DNA of 64,000 nucleotides, from assembly GCA_020536535.1 (NCBI GenBank), contig JAHLWZ010000796.1, positions 1 to 64,000 of the forward strand, written 5' to 3'. A program made the position numbers and the translations under genes. The first letter of the stretch is position 1. Every line of letters begins with the position of its first letter. Below the pieces are notes generated by a model. It saw only the letters and a list, made by a program, of their open reading frames with translations, was not told the origin of the DNA and made no database searches. Positions 61,513 to 64,000 of this stretch are shown here, in pieces. The stretch is from Pelomyxa schiedti. Its lineage: Eukaryota > Protista > Evosea.

Positions 61513-63839
61513 ATGGACAACAAGCACGGAAGCAACACTTCTAGGGACGCGGAAAACGAGGGGGCGCCGCGACGAGGCGAGAACGGGGAGCCCGCGACAC
61601 CCGACGCGCGCGGCACCGACCCCCCGACGGAACGCGGCGACGCGGGACCGGCCCTCGACGTAGCCGCGGGGAGCGAAACCAACGGCGCGGCCGGAGGAGC
61701 CAAGCCCTCGGCGGAGGAGCCGGTCGAAAGCAGCGGGGCCGCCGCCGAGGTTCCATCATTCCCATCCGACAGCGACGCCCCTTCCACGGCTGTGACCAAC
61801 GCGAACGCGACTGCGGAAAGGAACGCCAAGGAACCCCAGAGAGAAGGAGAAGGGGAAGGGGAAGGAGGAGGCCTGGAGCAGCACCAGGACGAGGAGGACG
61901 AGTGCATGTGTGAGGTGCCTCCTGCGACTACCACTGGGACTGGGTCGACGGACACAGTCGCTGACACGGCGGGAAAGGGGGCTGATGGGGGCGACTATGG
62001 GACAGCGGCGGTAGTTACGGGCAATGTGAGTGACATGAGGGATTGCAACGTCGACCCCGGCCACGACCCGGCCTCGGCCTCGTCGTCGTCGTCGTCGTCG
62101 TCGGCTGCGCCTAGCACAACAAGTGCTGGGGAGGTAGCCACGCAACCACGTGGCGACGAGGGCCGAAATGAGACCGAAGTCTGTGTCGAGCACAATAAGA
62201 GGGAGGGGGGCAAGTCTGCGCAGGAACAATGCGCGTCACTTTCCCCTGATGAGGCGAGGTATGCGCAAGGCCAGCTGGCCCTTCTCAAGTTGTACCCGTC
62301 TGTCGCGCCTTTGTTTTCTATGTCAGGTGGAATCACTACATTTGTTTTAAGCTGCCAATCTAACTGTACTTTGAAGACGCTGTAGATGATATGTATTATT
62401 CCTTGGAAGCAGACACCGAAGATTTGGAATCTGAAACACCACAAAATGTTGGTCTTTTCTCTCAATTTTTTCCCCTAAGATGTTTAAGGTGGAAGCAAAC
62501 AATCTCCATAACAAATGCAGTCTGTTATCTTCAGAACCACAACAGTAAGACCTTCGTGCCCTTTTCTCAAGAAAGGAAAATTAACTTTTTTGCAGCCAGT
62601 CCCCCAGTTTACAGTACTATAATTGCCCTGTATGTTAATGTATGGTTTTCATGTTTCCCATCTACTATAGGATCACTACGACCCTCAAGTTTGTAGATGG
62701 CATAAACTGACCCTCCCCCAGCGATTAAAAATGATAGTAGGCAAAACTCTTCTTTCTTGGTTATTTTCTATATTCAAACAAACTAAAAGAAAACGAGAAA
62801 AGCGCAACGGCTATTACCATTTGAGCAACAAACGGCATTGTTCAGAAAACCGTGGGAAATGTTTGCATTTGTGCAATCTGAATCAAAGAAATGCTCACTG
62901 CCAGCGGATTATATGCAGGTGCAATGCGGTGAATGCGAAGTACAAGGTTTGGCTAATTTCTTTCATATTTAAACGCATTTCTCGTTTCATCTTAACAGCA
63001 GCACTCCCCCATGTTGCCAGATCCCGCACCCCCACTAGCTGATATAGGGTTTTTCCCTGAGATAACATATGTATCGAATAGTGTACCAAGACCCGCTTCT
63101 TTCAAATACCAGCATCGATACCAACCATGCAATCCACGACACTCACAGCGGAATAATACACATCACGTTGGCACCTTGGCACTTTCATACTACCTTGTTA
63201 ATATCTCTCACAGCTCAATGCAATAGCCGCCTTGAAAAAGGCAATAGTATCAATGTTAATATCACTCGACTTCCAAAGTATGGACTCACTTCTAAAAACT
63301 TTTCTTTGCTTATACCACTAGGTGCCTCGACACACACTCTCGAGGTATTCACAGACACTGTGGCACAGTACATAACTCGCCTGTGCACACAGATGCGTGC
63401 CAGAATAGATAACCTGGAATCACGCACTCCAACACTAGTATGCCATTTCCGTTAGGGAAGGGAACAATAACAATTAAAAAAAAAAAAAACCCCCCAAAAT
63501 CTTAAACTCAAAACCCAAAAGATGCTAATGAACCAATGCCTATGTGACATGGGTGTTGGCGGCATTACAGCACTACAATCCTATTATTCCCGCACAATAC
63601 AACCACCCAGCAGTCATACTAGTCTCACTCCCTCTCCCACCACCACGATTTGTTTCCCCATAACACCACTCATTCCCAACCCACCAACCACACCAAATCC
63701 GGGCACTGATTCCCAAATGCATTCTACCCCACCCACTGATATTTCCTCCTCAAATTCCTCCACATCAACTACCTCCACTTCCCTCATACAATCAACACTC
63801 TCCAGTTGTAACAGTACCAATATAGGCAACCTCACATAG
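61513..63839 (+). CDS. SAGA SPT7/SUPT7L-like histone-fold (Bromo-TP) protein; multi-exon
   Basis: The spliced C-terminal part ALKKAIVSMLISLDFQSASTHTLEVFTDTVAQYITRLC..LMNQCLCDMGVGGITALQSYY matches the SUPT7L/TAF8-type bromodomain-associated histone fold. The N-terminus is acidic and disordered, and no bromodomain was seen. Confidence 0.72.
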
Positions 63840-64000
63840 CCAAAAATTCCCTTCAGTGGAAGCAGCCCAACATGGGCAAAAAGTGATTTGTTTACTTCAC
63901 TTGGTTTTTTTTTGGTTGGCACGCTGGCACACCCAAAATTGATTGGGGGTGGCTCCTTAGGGTGGGCACAGAAAGGAGATGAAAGGGTGACAGAGATCCA

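Noticed and set aside
1-64000. Prokaryotic contig, alternative genetic code, or transposons
   Set aside because: Abundant GT-AG introns and core eukaryotic genes are present. All three stops are used as terminators and apparent internal stops fall in introns. No transposase, RT or integrase motifs were found.

Overview
This is a gene-dense eukaryotic window with about 28 protein-coding genes, intergenic gaps of mostly 20-400 bp, and many short (about 30-90 nt) spliceosomal introns. The six-frame ORF track therefore fragments almost every gene, and the models below were spliced by hand. Intron size, compactness, actin-cytoskeleton genes and prokaryote-type anaerobic enzymes suggest an anaerobic amoebozoan, possibly the archamoeba Pelomyxa; this is inference and unverified. 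Recognisable genes are a WH2/SH3 actin adaptor, a PMCA Ca2+-ATPase, a YgeY-type M20 hydrolase, a radical SAM/SPASM enzyme, an alkaline-phosphatase-family enzyme, a divergent eIF5A, a pepsin-like protease, TBCCD1, a CAF16-like ABC ATPase, an ABCA transporter, ZC3H15, RPB10, COMMD3, a T4 Rnl1-type RNA ligase, a NUDT6-like Nudix hydrolase, coronin, ALDH7, ATG4, RAD17 and an SPT7/SUPT7L-like histone-fold protein. The most interesting items are: an intron-bearing stand-alone phage/giant-virus-type RNA ligase tail-to-tail with a Nudix gene; an archaeal-type orphan radical SAM enzyme; an eIF5A paralogue with an altered hypusine loop; a putative Zn-binding p53/COE-like transcription factor; a 101-nt G-U-rich hairpin; and non-canonical splicing (a GA-AG intron, GC-AG introns and a possible 4-nt microexon). 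No rRNA, tRNA, CRISPR array or transposon could be supported. Family accession names are from memory and need HMM confirmation.
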